Assembly (NCBI GenBank): GCA_038317375.1
Contig: JBBQBM010000001.1
Location: forward strand, 1,447 to 65,446
Direction of reading: 5' to 3'
Source of the DNA: Candidatus Saccharimonadales bacterium
GTDB taxonomy: Bacteria > Patescibacteriota > Saccharimonadia > Saccharimonadales > JAGQMS01
DNA: 64,000 bases
This document shows positions 1-8,572 of the stretch, in pieces. The translations under genes were made by a program, and so were the position numbers. Under the pieces are notes generated by a model that did no database searches, was not told the origin of the DNA, and worked only from the letters and a program-made list of their open reading frames with translations. Position 1 is the first letter of the stretch; each line of letters starts with the position of its first letter.

Positions 1-52
1 GGAAGAAGGTATCAAGCAGACCTTCAACAAGCTAGCGAGCGTGATTGAATAG
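1..52 (+). CDS. 3' end of an upstream CDS (partial, product unknown)
   Basis: Open frame from position 2 (..EEGIKQTFNKLASVIE) ending at TAG 50-52 and followed by a terminator hairpin. Confidence 0.3.
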   Translation, partial: EEGIKQTFNKLASVIE

Positions 53-121
53 AGTCAAACTATAGCTAAATCTTGCTTAATCACGGTTATAACTTCCTCT
101 ATCGTTGTGAGCCATAAAAAT

Positions 122-150
122 GCCCTCGTCTTATGACGGGGGAATTTTTA
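122..150 (+). terminator. intrinsic terminator hairpin
   Basis: CCCTCGTC-TTAT-GACGGGG stem-loop followed by a T-rich tract. Confidence 0.6.
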
Positions 151-279
151 TTGTTCCAGAGCGACGGGCGAGAACGGTGAGCCCAGTGGGCTCGGCCGCC
201 TAAAACCCCTAGAATTGTGAAACAATTCGTGGGGTGAGCGAAGCGAAGGTCAGAGCCCGGCCTCCGGAGCCATGAAAAA
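151..279 (+). ncRNA. candidate small structured RNA or tRNA-3'-end-like remnant between two terminators
   Basis: Non-coding 130 nt with hairpins (GAGCCC-AGT-GGGCTC; CCCC..GAATTG-TGAAA-CAATTC..GGGG). It ends in ..CCTCCGGAGCCA then TGAAAA plus a terminator, the same tail layout as 20285-20354. Confidence 0.25.
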
Positions 280-306
280 TGACCGTCGCAAAAACGGTCA
301 TTTTTT
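280..306 (+). terminator. intrinsic terminator
   Basis: TGACCGT-CGCAAAA-ACGGTCA hairpin followed by TTTTTT. Confidence 0.75.
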
Positions 307-376
307 ATTTAATAGGACCATACCCAAAAACAGCAAGAGTATACTTAAGGTATTAACTTTTAAGCAAGGAGGCAGT

Positions 377-634
377 ATGGGAATTATAGCTTGGTTAATC
401 CTTGGGGCTCTTGCGGGCTGGATTGCGTCAAAAATCATGAACACAGATGCAGAACAGGGCGCTGTGGTTAATATTGTTGTTGGTATCGTAGGTGCTGTGG
501 TTGGTGGATTTGTCTTTCAACAATTCGGAGGCTCGAAAGTAACAGGGCTGAATCTTTATAGCATAATGGTATCTATCGTCGGTGCTGTGATACTGCTTGC
601 TATATTTAAAGTAATAACAGGGAGAAAAGTATAA
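377..634 (+). CDS. GlsB/YeaQ/YmgE family (transglycosylase-associated) small membrane protein
   Basis: ORF 272..634 trimmed to ATG 377, which follows AGGAGG. GIIAWLILGALAGWIASKI and glycine-zipper TM helices are typical of this family. Confidence 0.8.
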   Translation: MGIIAWLILGALAGWIASKIMNTDAEQGAVVNIVVGIVGAVVGGFVFQQFGGSKVTGLNLYSIMVSIVGAVILLAIFKVITGRKV

Positions 635-1044
635 TGTCAGACCAATTACGAAGAGTTGTACAAAAAGATAACACTACAGTAGATTCCGAAGGGGCTGTAG
701 TTAGAGAAAAAACTCAAGCAACAAGTACTAAAGTTGACTCAAAAGTTACGGTTGCGAATATCATTTGGTATATATATGGCGTAGTGGGTATATTGCTCGC
801 CTTAAGGTTTGTTTTAAAACTATCAGGAGCTAATCCTATAAACTCATTTGTCGACTTCATCTACTCCGTAAGTGGTGTTCTGAGTGGGCCTTTTGACAGT
901 ATTTTTGGGGTGGCGAAATCGACCAGCGGTACTGTAAATTCCGTCTTTGAACCATCAATACTAGTCGCAGTAGCTATATATGCGTTAGTTGCCTGGGGTA
1001 TCGCGAAACTCTTAACACTAAATGAACCGTCTGAGACTGTTTAA
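634..1044 (+). CDS. membrane protein, YggT-like (tentative)
   Basis: ATGA overlap with the previous gene. Two TM segments, and LALRFVLKLSGANP..FV.FIY..S..L..PF resembles the YggT repeat. Confidence 0.6.
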   Translation: MSDQLRRVVQKDNTTVDSEGAVVREKTQATSTKVDSKVTVANIIWYIYGVVGILLALRFVLKLSGANPINSFVDFIYSVSGVLSGPFDSIFGVAKSTSGTVNSVFEPSILVAVAIYALVAWGIAKLLTLNEPSETV

Positions 1045-1065
1045 GACTCTAAGATTCGATATTCT

Positions 1066-1374
1066 ATGGCTGAATCGTCAAAGAAGAAAGTCCAGGCAGA
1101 TAGACAGAGATCGATTCTCGACAAAATCTTCAGGGATAAAGATGGTGATATTGTCATATGGCAGTCGCCGAACATCCCACTCTATGGGTGGATAGTATTT
1201 AAGCTGCTATCTGTTGTATTCCATGGAAGTTTGCTAAAAACTGACTTTGGTCAATTAGGGAATGCTTTTCTGTTTATATGGTCATATCTTGAAGCTAAAG
1301 AAGGCGTGAATTACTTTCGAAAACTGCTAGGTCTAGCGATTTTGGCTTCAATCGCCATAAGCTTCTTTCGGTAA
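1066..1374 (+). CDS. hypothetical membrane protein
   Basis: 102-aa ORF with hydrophobic segments; no recognised motif. Confidence 0.55.
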   Translation: MAESSKKKVQADRQRSILDKIFRDKDGDIVIWQSPNIPLYGWIVFKLLSVVFHGSLLKTDFGQLGNAFLFIWSYLEAKEGVNYFRKLLGLAILASIAISFFR

Positions 1375-1449
1375 GTCTCTTTTTGGACAAAGCCTAGATC
1401 GCTATAAAGCGTGATTGAGTCGTATTGATTGCGCATGTAAAATATAGGT

Positions 1450-1704
1450 ATGAACAAAAAAGTCTCTAGTGGGGTCGTGCACAAACTACCAACTGATTTG
1501 AAAGACGCCCTTGTATCTGAGCCAACGGCGCTGATGGCGTGGGAGGACATTAGTCCGCTAGCTAGAAACGAATGGATCTGCTGGGTAACATCGGCAAAAC
1601 AAGAAGCTACTCGGGAGCGTCGTGTTAAAGTTGGCATCGATAAGCTCTTGTCTGGCATGCGCAGGCCGTGTTGCTGGGCTGGCTGTACGCACCGAGTTAA
1701 ATAA
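1450..1704 (+). CDS. YdeI/OmpD-associated family protein
   Basis: NEWICWVTSAKQEATRERRVKVGIDKLLSGMRRPCCWAGC matches the C-terminal pattern of the bacteriocin-protection YdeI/OmdA domain. Confidence 0.7.
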   Translation: MNKKVSSGVVHKLPTDLKDALVSEPTALMAWEDISPLARNEWICWVTSAKQEATRERRVKVGIDKLLSGMRRPCCWAGCTHRVK

Positions 1705-1758
1705 CTATATTTCTTAAGCCTATAGTTTATGATTAGAGTACTTACTTAGAGGGGGATT

Positions 1759-2483
1759 ATGACTAAGATTAATTTAAAACAAGGGTTCTTATTACAGGGT
1801 TTTCAGATCTTGCTGTTAATAGTTACGGTAGGCTGCTTATTTGGTCGACACCGTGGAATTCAACTAACGATACACGGAAGATAACTGTTAGCGGCGAGGG
1901 AACCGTAAAAGCAGCACCCGACTCGTATCAATTTACGCCGTCCTATGAAGAGACCGGCACCGAACCAGACGCCCTAATTGCCGCTATGACAACTAAGGCC
2001 AATGACGTAACAGCAAAACTGAAGGAACTTGGCGTGAAAGAAGACGACATTGCCTTGCAGTCAAACGCCTATAACCAAAGTTGGCTAAATACTGGCGAGA
2101 GCCAAGTTGTTAGCTTTTCACTGACGATTGAAGTGGCAGATAAAGCGCTGGCGCAAAAAGTGCAGGACTATCTTTTGACTACTTCGCCTCAAGGAGCAAT
2201 TAGTCCGTATTCAATCTTTAGTGGCACAAAACAAAAGGATCTAGAAAAACAGGCACGCGAAAAGGCAATTAGTGATGCACGCTCAAAGGCTGAAGAAATT
2301 GCCAAAGAAACAGGCGTTAAGGTCGGAAAAGTTATTGAGGTTAGCGATGGCTATTCCGGTGGTGGTGTTGTCGCCTTAGAAGATAAAGCTAGTAGTGCCA
2401 CTAGCGCAGCCTTGAGCTTGCCAATCCTGAGCGGCAAACAAGAGGTTGGCGTTAGCGTGACAGTCAGTTTTGCGATCAAATAA
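1759..2483 (+). pseudogene. SIMPL (DUF541) periplasmic protein gene interrupted by a frameshift
   Basis: ATG 1759 (RBS GAGGGGG) encodes signal/TM peptide MTKINLKQGFLLQGFQILLLIVTVGCLFG and hits TAA at 1882-1884. The SIMPL hallmark ITVSGEGTVKAAPD starts at 1881 in another frame that runs into ORF 1986..2483. Confidence 0.6.
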
Positions 2484-2504
2484 AATACAACACTTTCGCG
2501 AGCA

Positions 2505-2675
2505 ACATACCTGCTAAACTGTAGGTATTAACAATCTATGGTTGGAAGCAGGTGAGAATCCTGCACTGTGCCGCAACGGTGTGCTACTGAGTTAGTAGCG
2601 AGTCCGATACAACAGCAACTATTAACCCCGAGCAGGAGTACGTAGAAATCAATCGTCACCTCCCTGGTGATTTTT
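2505..2675 (+). promoter_or_regulatory. cobalamin (B12) riboswitch
   Basis: GGAAGCAGGTGAGAATCCTGCACTGTGCCGCAACGGT core plus B12-box-like GAGTCCGATACAACAGC. A weak terminator (GTCACC..GGTGAT TTTTT) lies just upstream of a DUF4430 gene. Confidence 0.75.
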
Positions 2676-2713
2676 TGTTTCTTACGCCTAGTTTCTTGGG
2701 AAGAAAGGGATCA

Positions 2714-3112
2714 ATGAAGAAGTACCTAAGTAGAATATTAACAGTAGTAGCAGCCGCAGCTTTGCTTGGTGGTGGTTTCATAGTATTAAGATCACGGGAC
2801 GCTACAGCTCCGGATAGTTCTCAGGCGGTAACAAAAAGCACCAAAGTAATCACATTCAGCACAGACAAAAAAACCGTTAGTTATGACGGCCAAGATGGGA
2901 AGACTGCGCTTGAGCTCCTTAAGGCTTTAGCAACTACCGAGACCGAATCTAGCGCCTATGGTGATTTCGTGACTTCAATTAATGGCTTAAAGGCCGAAAG
3001 TAACAAAGAATACTGGTCGTTTTACGTTAACGGAGCGTACGCCAGCGAAGGCGCGGGAACATATAAAACTAGTGATACGGAGAAAATACAATGGAAGCTC
3101 GAAAGTCTATAA
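2714..3112 (+). CDS. DUF4430 domain protein (transcobalamin-like B12-binding lipoprotein/secreted protein)
   Basis: Trimmed to MKKYLSRILTVVAAAALLGGG signal peptide. ELLKAL....YGDFVTSINGLKA...EYWSFYVNG matches DUF4430, and the gene is riboswitch-controlled. Confidence 0.75.
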   Translation: MKKYLSRILTVVAAAALLGGGFIVLRSRDATAPDSSQAVTKSTKVITFSTDKKTVSYDGQDGKTALELLKALATTETESSAYGDFVTSINGLKAESNKEYWSFYVNGAYASEGAGTYKTSDTEKIQWKLESL

Positions 3113-3114
3113 CT

Positions 3115-3651
3115 ATGAAAATAACTAACTCAAAAGACTGGACCGGTATAGCCATAGCAGTCGCACTAATTAGCTTCGCTGTAGTTAGCCGAGTTTTGCC
3201 ACACCCTGCAAACTTTGCGCCGATAGCTGCTGTAGCACTTTTTGGAGGTGCAATCCTACCGCGTAAGTGGGCGATTAGCTTGCCGTTAGTGGCGATGGTA
3301 ATAAGCGATCTATTTATTGGGCTACACCCGCTAGTTATTTTTACCTGGGGTAGTTTTGCGGCGATCGCACTAGTTAGTAGTTATCGTTTTGGGAAGCTAT
3401 CGGCCAGTAACGTTGTGTTTGGCAGTATTGGTGCTTCAATCTTGTTTTACGTTGTTTCTAATTTTGGCGTTTGGATCGAAGGACGTTTGTATGCTCGGAC
3501 GTTAGAAGGGCTAGCGCAGTGCTACGTCAACGCTCTACCTTTCTTTAGGAATACTCTTGCTGGCGATTTAGTTTATGCCGGGCTATTATTTGGCGCCTAC
3601 GCTCTAGCAACCCAGGCTATATATAAAACAAAAACTGCAAATAATACTTAA
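3115..3651 (+). CDS. membrane protein, putative B12-related transporter component (DUF6580/ECF-S-like)
   Basis: Starts 3 nt after the DUF4430 stop. Multi-TM protein with the PHPANFAPIAAVALFGGA motif; function inferred from riboswitch operon context. Confidence 0.6.
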   Translation: MKITNSKDWTGIAIAVALISFAVVSRVLPHPANFAPIAAVALFGGAILPRKWAISLPLVAMVISDLFIGLHPLVIFTWGSFAAIALVSSYRFGKLSASNVVFGSIGASILFYVVSNFGVWIEGRLYARTLEGLAQCYVNALPFFRNTLAGDLVYAGLLFGAYALATQAIYKTKTANNT

Positions 3652-3667
3652 CACGTCAAGTATTATT
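3640..3667. repeat. palindromic repeat copy 1 (AATAATACTTAACACGTCAAGTATTATT)
   Basis: Overlaps the stop codon at 3649-3651; same motif as 9888, 35990, 38472 and 59314. Confidence 0.8.
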
Positions 3668-3714
3668 CTTTTCAAGAAAACCCGCTTCTTAAATGTTGAT
3701 ATAATTAACATTGG

Positions 3715-4380
3715 ATGGGTAGTAAAATTCGAAAATCTATCAATGTGGGATATGCCTCGATTCCTAACAGGCGTCTACACCGACATATAAAACGGCAACT
3801 TCACCACATTCATATGCAGCAACTCGGCTGGCATCGCCAGTGGAAAAACTGGCGTTACAAGAACACCACATTATTACTTGTCAGCTTGTCGCTATTCTTC
3901 TTTTTATTATCAACTCGCTGGTTAGATGGCTCAATTAGCTCACTTGGTTCGAGCGGGTACGTTGGTGCGTTTATTGTCGGCATGTTATTTGTTTCTATAT
4001 TTACAGTTGCACCGGCCTCAGTTGTTTTATATCACCTAGCTGATTCGTTACATCCTCTAGAGATAGCAGTTATTGCCGGGGCAGGTGCGATGCTTAGTGA
4101 TTACCTAATCTTTAGGCAATTAAAAAACGGTTTGTTCGACGAGCTAACCCCGCTTTTTAACAAATTGACAACCCACAGAGTTACCAAACTATTTTACACA
4201 CCATATTTCTCGTGGCTGCTACCTTTTATCGGGGCGCTGATTATTGCATCGCCAGGACCTGACGAGATTGGTATAGGGTTAATGGGTGTATCAAAAATAA
4301 AACCTTGGCAATTTATGCTAATCACTTTTACCTTGAATTCTGTCGGGATATTTTTTGTAGTTTTGCTCGCTAGAACTTAA
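3715..4380 (+). CDS. hypothetical multi-pass membrane protein
   Basis: 221-aa ORF with a basic N-terminus and several TM helices; start uncertain. Confidence 0.6.
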   Translation: MGSKIRKSINVGYASIPNRRLHRHIKRQLHHIHMQQLGWHRQWKNWRYKNTTLLLVSLSLFFFLLSTRWLDGSISSLGSSGYVGAFIVGMLFVSIFTVAPASVVLYHLADSLHPLEIAVIAGAGAMLSDYLIFRQLKNGLFDELTPLFNKLTTHRVTKLFYTPYFSWLLPFIGALIIASPGPDEIGIGLMGVSKIKPWQFMLITFTLNSVGIFFVVLLART

Positions 4381-6083
4381 GATTCGGCGGAATCCTTCTC
4401 GTCTTCGTCAGACTTGGCTAAGAGCAAGTTCAAGTGTTTTTCGCGGTAGTTTTTGAACTCGGTTTTATTAAAACCATTGCGCTTTATGAAGGCGGTTATT
4501 TTTTCGGTGCCGATGTAGTGGGGCAAAATTACATACGAAGCTCCATCGCCGTAAAGATCAGCGGCTTGCTCGATACTATCAGCTGTGCAAATGAAGACAG
4601 CCTCGGGGTTATTAGTAGCCAGCCAGTGCCCTAAAAAGGTATTAGTTTTATTGTCGCTGATTGTTGATACTACCAATCTAACTTTGTCTAGATGCATCTC
4701 TTCAAGTAGCTCGGGATCGGTTGCGTCACCATACAAATAATGAATATGCTGCTTCTCAAGAATATCTATGATTTCGGGATCATAATCGACGACCACAAAA
4801 CGTTTTCCCATATCTTTAAAAGTCTTAATGAATTCAACCCCACCTTTTCGATAGCCAAATAGCGCAATAGAAAAATGATTAGCCATCTCTCGTTGTTCAA
4901 AGTTAGTGGTTTTACGTTCAAAAAATCGTAGTTGGCGCTCGAATTTAACATATAGCTCGTCGTCGTACTTCATAAAATATGTCGATACCGCAAAAGTTAT
5001 TAGTGCTACAAAAGTTAATGTGTCGGACGCTTTTTGGCTAACTAACCCGGCGCTAAGTGCGGCGAACATTAGAACCAAAGAAAATTCACTTATCTGGCTC
5101 ATCGAAATGGCAGATTTAAAACTTGCCCTTTTTGTGTAACCAATGATCCCCATGGTGATCATTACAACCAGAGGCTTTAAGAATAGCGCGACGGCGGCAA
5201 GAACTAGAGCCGTTGTGACTACGCCGGTTAATAGACTCGGCGTCATCGACTGGCCAAGTGCAATAAAGAAAATGACTATAAAGAAATCACGCAAAGGTTT
5301 TAATCTTGATGCCATCTCGCTACTGTAAGGCAGGCTAGCTAGGCTAACACCAGCAAATAGTGCACCGATCTCGATAGAGAATCCAACAGACTCAAATAGC
5401 GCTGCCAAACCAAGCCCCCAGCCAAGTCCAAAAAGGAGTAGCAACTCCTTAGAATTTTCTAGAGTACGAGTTAGCTTTGGTATTAGATAACGGCTCACAA
5501 AATAAACTACTCCTGTTAGGCTAATCCCTCGTAGTAGAAGTAGGATAATATTTAGGACGCTACCATCATTACCGCTACGAATAGCAATGATAATTTTAGC
5601 TGCTGTGGCGACAACGTCTTGAACTAGTAAAATACCGATTGTGATCTGAGCATAGAGTCGGGTTGTTTCTTTTTTGTCGTTCAGGAGTTTGACTATGATA
5701 ATAGTACTACTCATCGCAAGCGCTAGACCAATGATTCCAGACTCTAGCTTTCCGAAGCCAAGCAGACGGCTAATGAAGAAGCCGGTGATAGTCACCAGGC
5801 TAACTTGGACACTTGAGGTAATCAGAACGGTTTTACCAACCCGAGTGAAAATCTTGACACTAAGATCGAGGCCGATAATGAATAACAGAAGTGCGATGCC
5901 AATACTCGAGAAGACCTCAGTTGTTCCGGGTGTTTTTATAATGTTGAGAGCCGCTGGCCCGGCAATAATTCCGGTCAGGATATAACCGATTATTAACGGC
6001 TGGCGCAGGAGCTTCATAAGAAGTGCAACAATCGTGCCGATTCCAATGACTAATGCTAGTTCAGAGAAAATGTTCGTTTCCAT
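4377..6083 (-). CDS. monovalent cation:proton antiporter (CPA2/Kef-type) with C-terminal RCK/TrkA-N domain
   Basis: 568 aa. N-terminal Na+/H+ exchanger-like TM domain, then a FGYRKGG.. Rossmann-like RCK domain. Confidence 0.85.
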   Translation of the reverse strand: METNIFSELALVIGIGTIVALLMKLLRQPLIIGYILTGIIAGPAALNIIKTPGTTEVFSSIGIALLLFIIGLDLSVKIFTRVGKTVLITSSVQVSLVTITGFFISRLLGFGKLESGIIGLALAMSSTIIIVKLLNDKKETTRLYAQITIGILLVQDVVATAAKIIIAIRSGNDGSVLNIILLLLRGISLTGVVYFVSRYLIPKLTRTLENSKELLLLFGLGWGLGLAALFESVGFSIEIGALFAGVSLASLPYSSEMASRLKPLRDFFIVIFFIALGQSMTPSLLTGVVTTALVLAAVALFLKPLVVMITMGIIGYTKRASFKSAISMSQISEFSLVLMFAALSAGLVSQKASDTLTFVALITFAVSTYFMKYDDELYVKFERQLRFFERKTTNFEQREMANHFSIALFGYRKGGVEFIKTFKDMGKRFVVVDYDPEIIDILEKQHIHYLYGDATDPELLEEMHLDKVRLVVSTISDNKTNTFLGHWLATNNPEAVFICTADSIEQAADLYGDGASYVILPHYIGTEKITAFIKRNGFNKTEFKNYREKHLNLLLAKSDEDEKDSAES

Positions 6084-6125
6084 TTGTACCTAAGAAACAT
6101 TATACTGGTATAAGCTTAAACAATT

Positions 6126-6611
6126 ATGAAAACATTCTTTCATCGTATTTCTAGCAAGGTTTCGATGGCCATGGGATCGCCTTATTCGTTTATGCTCGCG
6201 GTCTTGGTGGTAATAATTTGGGCTGTGTCTGGACCTGTTTTCGCCTACTCTCAAACCTGGCAACTGGTTATTAACACTGGGACAACTATCGTTACGTTTT
6301 TGATGATCTTTTTAGTGCAGAACACTCAGAACCGTGACGGCAAGGCAGTACAACTAAAACTCGATGAGTTAATTCGTTCAACGACAGGAGCCAGAAATGA
6401 ATTTGTTACTTTGGGTCTTCTCAGCGATGAAGAATTAGAAGCTCTAGACAAAGACTTCCAATTAATCGGGGCGAAAAAGAATAGTCACCTACTTGCCGAC
6501 ATTCATGTTCATCTGGACGCCGAAAGGGCTCGCCGCCACAAATCGTTAGGCGATAGAATCAAAAACGTCGTTAATCATTCATCTATTCAGCAAGATCCTC
6601 CAGAAAATTGA
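6126..6611 (+). CDS. low-affinity iron permease family protein
   Basis: WQLVINTGTTIVTFLMIFLVQNTQNRDGKAVQLKLDELIR is the signature region of this family. Confidence 0.8.
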   Translation: MKTFFHRISSKVSMAMGSPYSFMLAVLVVIIWAVSGPVFAYSQTWQLVINTGTTIVTFLMIFLVQNTQNRDGKAVQLKLDELIRSTTGARNEFVTLGLLSDEELEALDKDFQLIGAKKNSHLLADIHVHLDAERARRHKSLGDRIKNVVNHSSIQQDPPEN

Positions 6612-6834
6612 CAAAGACCTTATGGTTATAGTAGGATAATACCCACGTGTCAAACTAGTGAGGAAAGTTGGGTCTTTCCGGAACAGAGGAAAATAAAAAC
6701 GGTAACTACCAAAATTTGTAGTTACTAAAAAAGACATCGGAGTGGAGGTTTTTATGAGTATTAAAGTACTCGTTGTACGTTCGAGGCGGAAGCGCATCAA
6801 TGTTCGCAAAATACGGCCTAACTGGCAAAAGTTT

Positions 6835-7476
6835 CTAGTTGTTTAAGGATGCAATGGCTGCGTCGATCTTTTTAGTAAACAGTTCTAGCGAGCCAACTTC
6901 GGCGCTATCGAGCTTTTGACCATTTAGTATAAAAGTCGGAGTACCATTAATGGCATATTTGTCTTCGCCTTCTTTTCTGTCGGCGTTAATAGTGTTATTG
7001 ACGGCTTCACTCGCGAAATCTTCTTTGAATTTTGTTAAGTCTAGGCTCAGGCTGGTAGCATAATTTTCGAATACGACTACGGGGCTAGTTAGTGACGACC
7101 ATGATGTTTGATTCTGGTAGAGTAGCTCGTACATTTCAAAAAACTTACCCTGTAAAGAAGCTGCTTCTGCGGCGCGATGTGCGGCGACGGCATTTCTATG
7201 TATTGTTGTTAACGGAAAGTTACGAAAAGTGAACTTCAACTTATCGCCGTAGTCAGTTCTGATTTGTTCAATTATCGGGAAGAAACTACCACATGCTGGA
7301 CACTGAAAATCCCCGTACTCCACTAGCTCAACTCCACTCGTTCCTGCACCAGACGAATGTTTACTAACAACGGCAGTTGTAGTGCTTTTCGTATCTGCTT
7401 TGTCTTTGGTGAAGAAAAATACCCCGCCAATTAAGGCTATAACTGCTAGTAATACTATGCCAAATTTCTTGTCCAT
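6835..7476 (-). CDS. DsbA-family thiol:disulfide oxidoreductase (membrane anchored)
   Basis: N-terminal TM anchor and a thioredoxin-fold CPAC active site (FQCPACGSF). Confidence 0.85.
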   Translation of the reverse strand: MDKKFGIVLLAVIALIGGVFFFTKDKADTKSTTTAVVSKHSSGAGTSGVELVEYGDFQCPACGSFFPIIEQIRTDYGDKLKFTFRNFPLTTIHRNAVAAHRAAEAASLQGKFFEMYELLYQNQTSWSSLTSPVVVFENYATSLSLDLTKFKEDFASEAVNNTINADRKEGEDKYAINGTPTFILNGQKLDSAEVGSLELFTKKIDAAIASLNN

Positions 7477-7548
7477 ATATCGTAACTATACGACAAATCA
7501 TGAGGTGTCGCTAGCATAAGATCCCCAAAAAGGTTTAATATAAGCAAT

Positions 7549-8559
7549 ATGAGAATTGTATTACTTATAGGATTTTTTATTATTTCGTGCTTCAACATCT
7601 TACTAATTCGTAGCTTCGAATATATGAGCGTGCGCGAGCTCAAGCGCCAAGCCCGGAGTGGGAATATTAAAGCCGCCAGAGTTTATAAGGTTCGAGGTGT
7701 TTACGGTATTCAAGTCTGGATTTTATTATGGGGGGCAGTTGGTATAAGCACTTCAGCCGTGGTCTTGATTCTTAATAGTTCAGTAGCGACGTGGCTGGCA
7801 ATTGTTCTTAGCATTCCAATACTCGTTTTTTTGCACGCTGTATTGCCACGTATAAAGAGGCCCAAGCCAAGCATTAATCTTGCCTCGTCTATTAGCCCGC
7901 AGTTGGAAGCTGTTTTACGCCTATTTCGACCCTTACTTTTAGTCGTGACCCGACTTGTCGGACGCTGGATAAAAGACGAACCATTCACCCGCATACACAG
8001 CAAGGAAGAGCTTCTAGAAGTCTTAAACCATTCTGAAATGGCAACACGCGTCAGTAAAGACGAAGTTTTAATAGCGACTTCAGCGCTAACATTTGGAGAT
8101 GAGAATATAGGCAAATTTATGACGCCAATCGGTGTAGTTAAAACGGTTGCAGAAAAGGACGTACTAACTCCAGTTATGCTCGACGAACTTCATGACAGTG
8201 GTTTCTCGCGCTTTCCGGTTAAAGGCAGTGGCAATACCTACGTTGGTACTCTCTATTTCAAAGACGCTGTCAATATGGAGACTAGTCATGCCGTTAAGAA
8301 TATTATGCGAAAAAGTGTTTTTTACGTGAACGAATCGGCCCTACTAGATCAAGCTTTGAAGGCTTTCTTGAAGACCCAGCACCATTTGTTTATGGTGGTG
8401 AATGAATATGAAGACGTCGTTGGTGTTATTACAATTGAAGATATTTTAGAACGAATAATCGGCAAAAAAATTGTTGATGAATTTGACCAGTACGATGATC
8501 TTCGTGTGGTAGCAAAATCCCTCGCAGAAAAGCAGGTGAGCCAAGCAGACCATGTCTGA
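7549..8559 (+). CDS. CNNM/HlyC-CorC-type transporter (DUF21 TM domain plus CBS pair)
   Basis: N-terminal TM region followed by two CBS-like repeats (..VVGVITIEDILERIIG..). Confidence 0.75.
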   Translation: MRIVLLIGFFIISCFNILLIRSFEYMSVRELKRQARSGNIKAARVYKVRGVYGIQVWILLWGAVGISTSAVVLILNSSVATWLAIVLSIPILVFLHAVLPRIKRPKPSINLASSISPQLEAVLRLFRPLLLVVTRLVGRWIKDEPFTRIHSKEELLEVLNHSEMATRVSKDEVLIATSALTFGDENIGKFMTPIGVVKTVAEKDVLTPVMLDELHDSGFSRFPVKGSGNTYVGTLYFKDAVNMETSHAVKNIMRKSVFYVNESALLDQALKAFLKTQHHLFMVVNEYEDVVGVITIEDILERIIGKKIVDEFDQYDDLRVVAKSLAEKQVSQADHV

Positions 8560-8572
8560 TGTATAATCTGTA

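Noticed and set aside
2546-2556. GGTGAGAATCC, which resembles the GGTGAGAA linker of the tRNA-linked module.
   Set aside because: It is part of the conserved core of the cobalamin riboswitch, and none of the other module blocks follow it. The 8-mer match is coincidental.
6754-6846. 30-aa basic ORF (MSIKVLVVRSRRKRINVRKIRPNWQKFLVV) with a GGAGTGGAGG site, convergent with and overlapping the dsbA-like stop.
   Set aside because: It lies between the dsbA-like stop and what looks like that gene's terminator (6706-6727, U-rich on the minus strand), so it is antisense to a 3' UTR. It has no recognisable family, no promoter and no terminator of its own. Kept only as a note.
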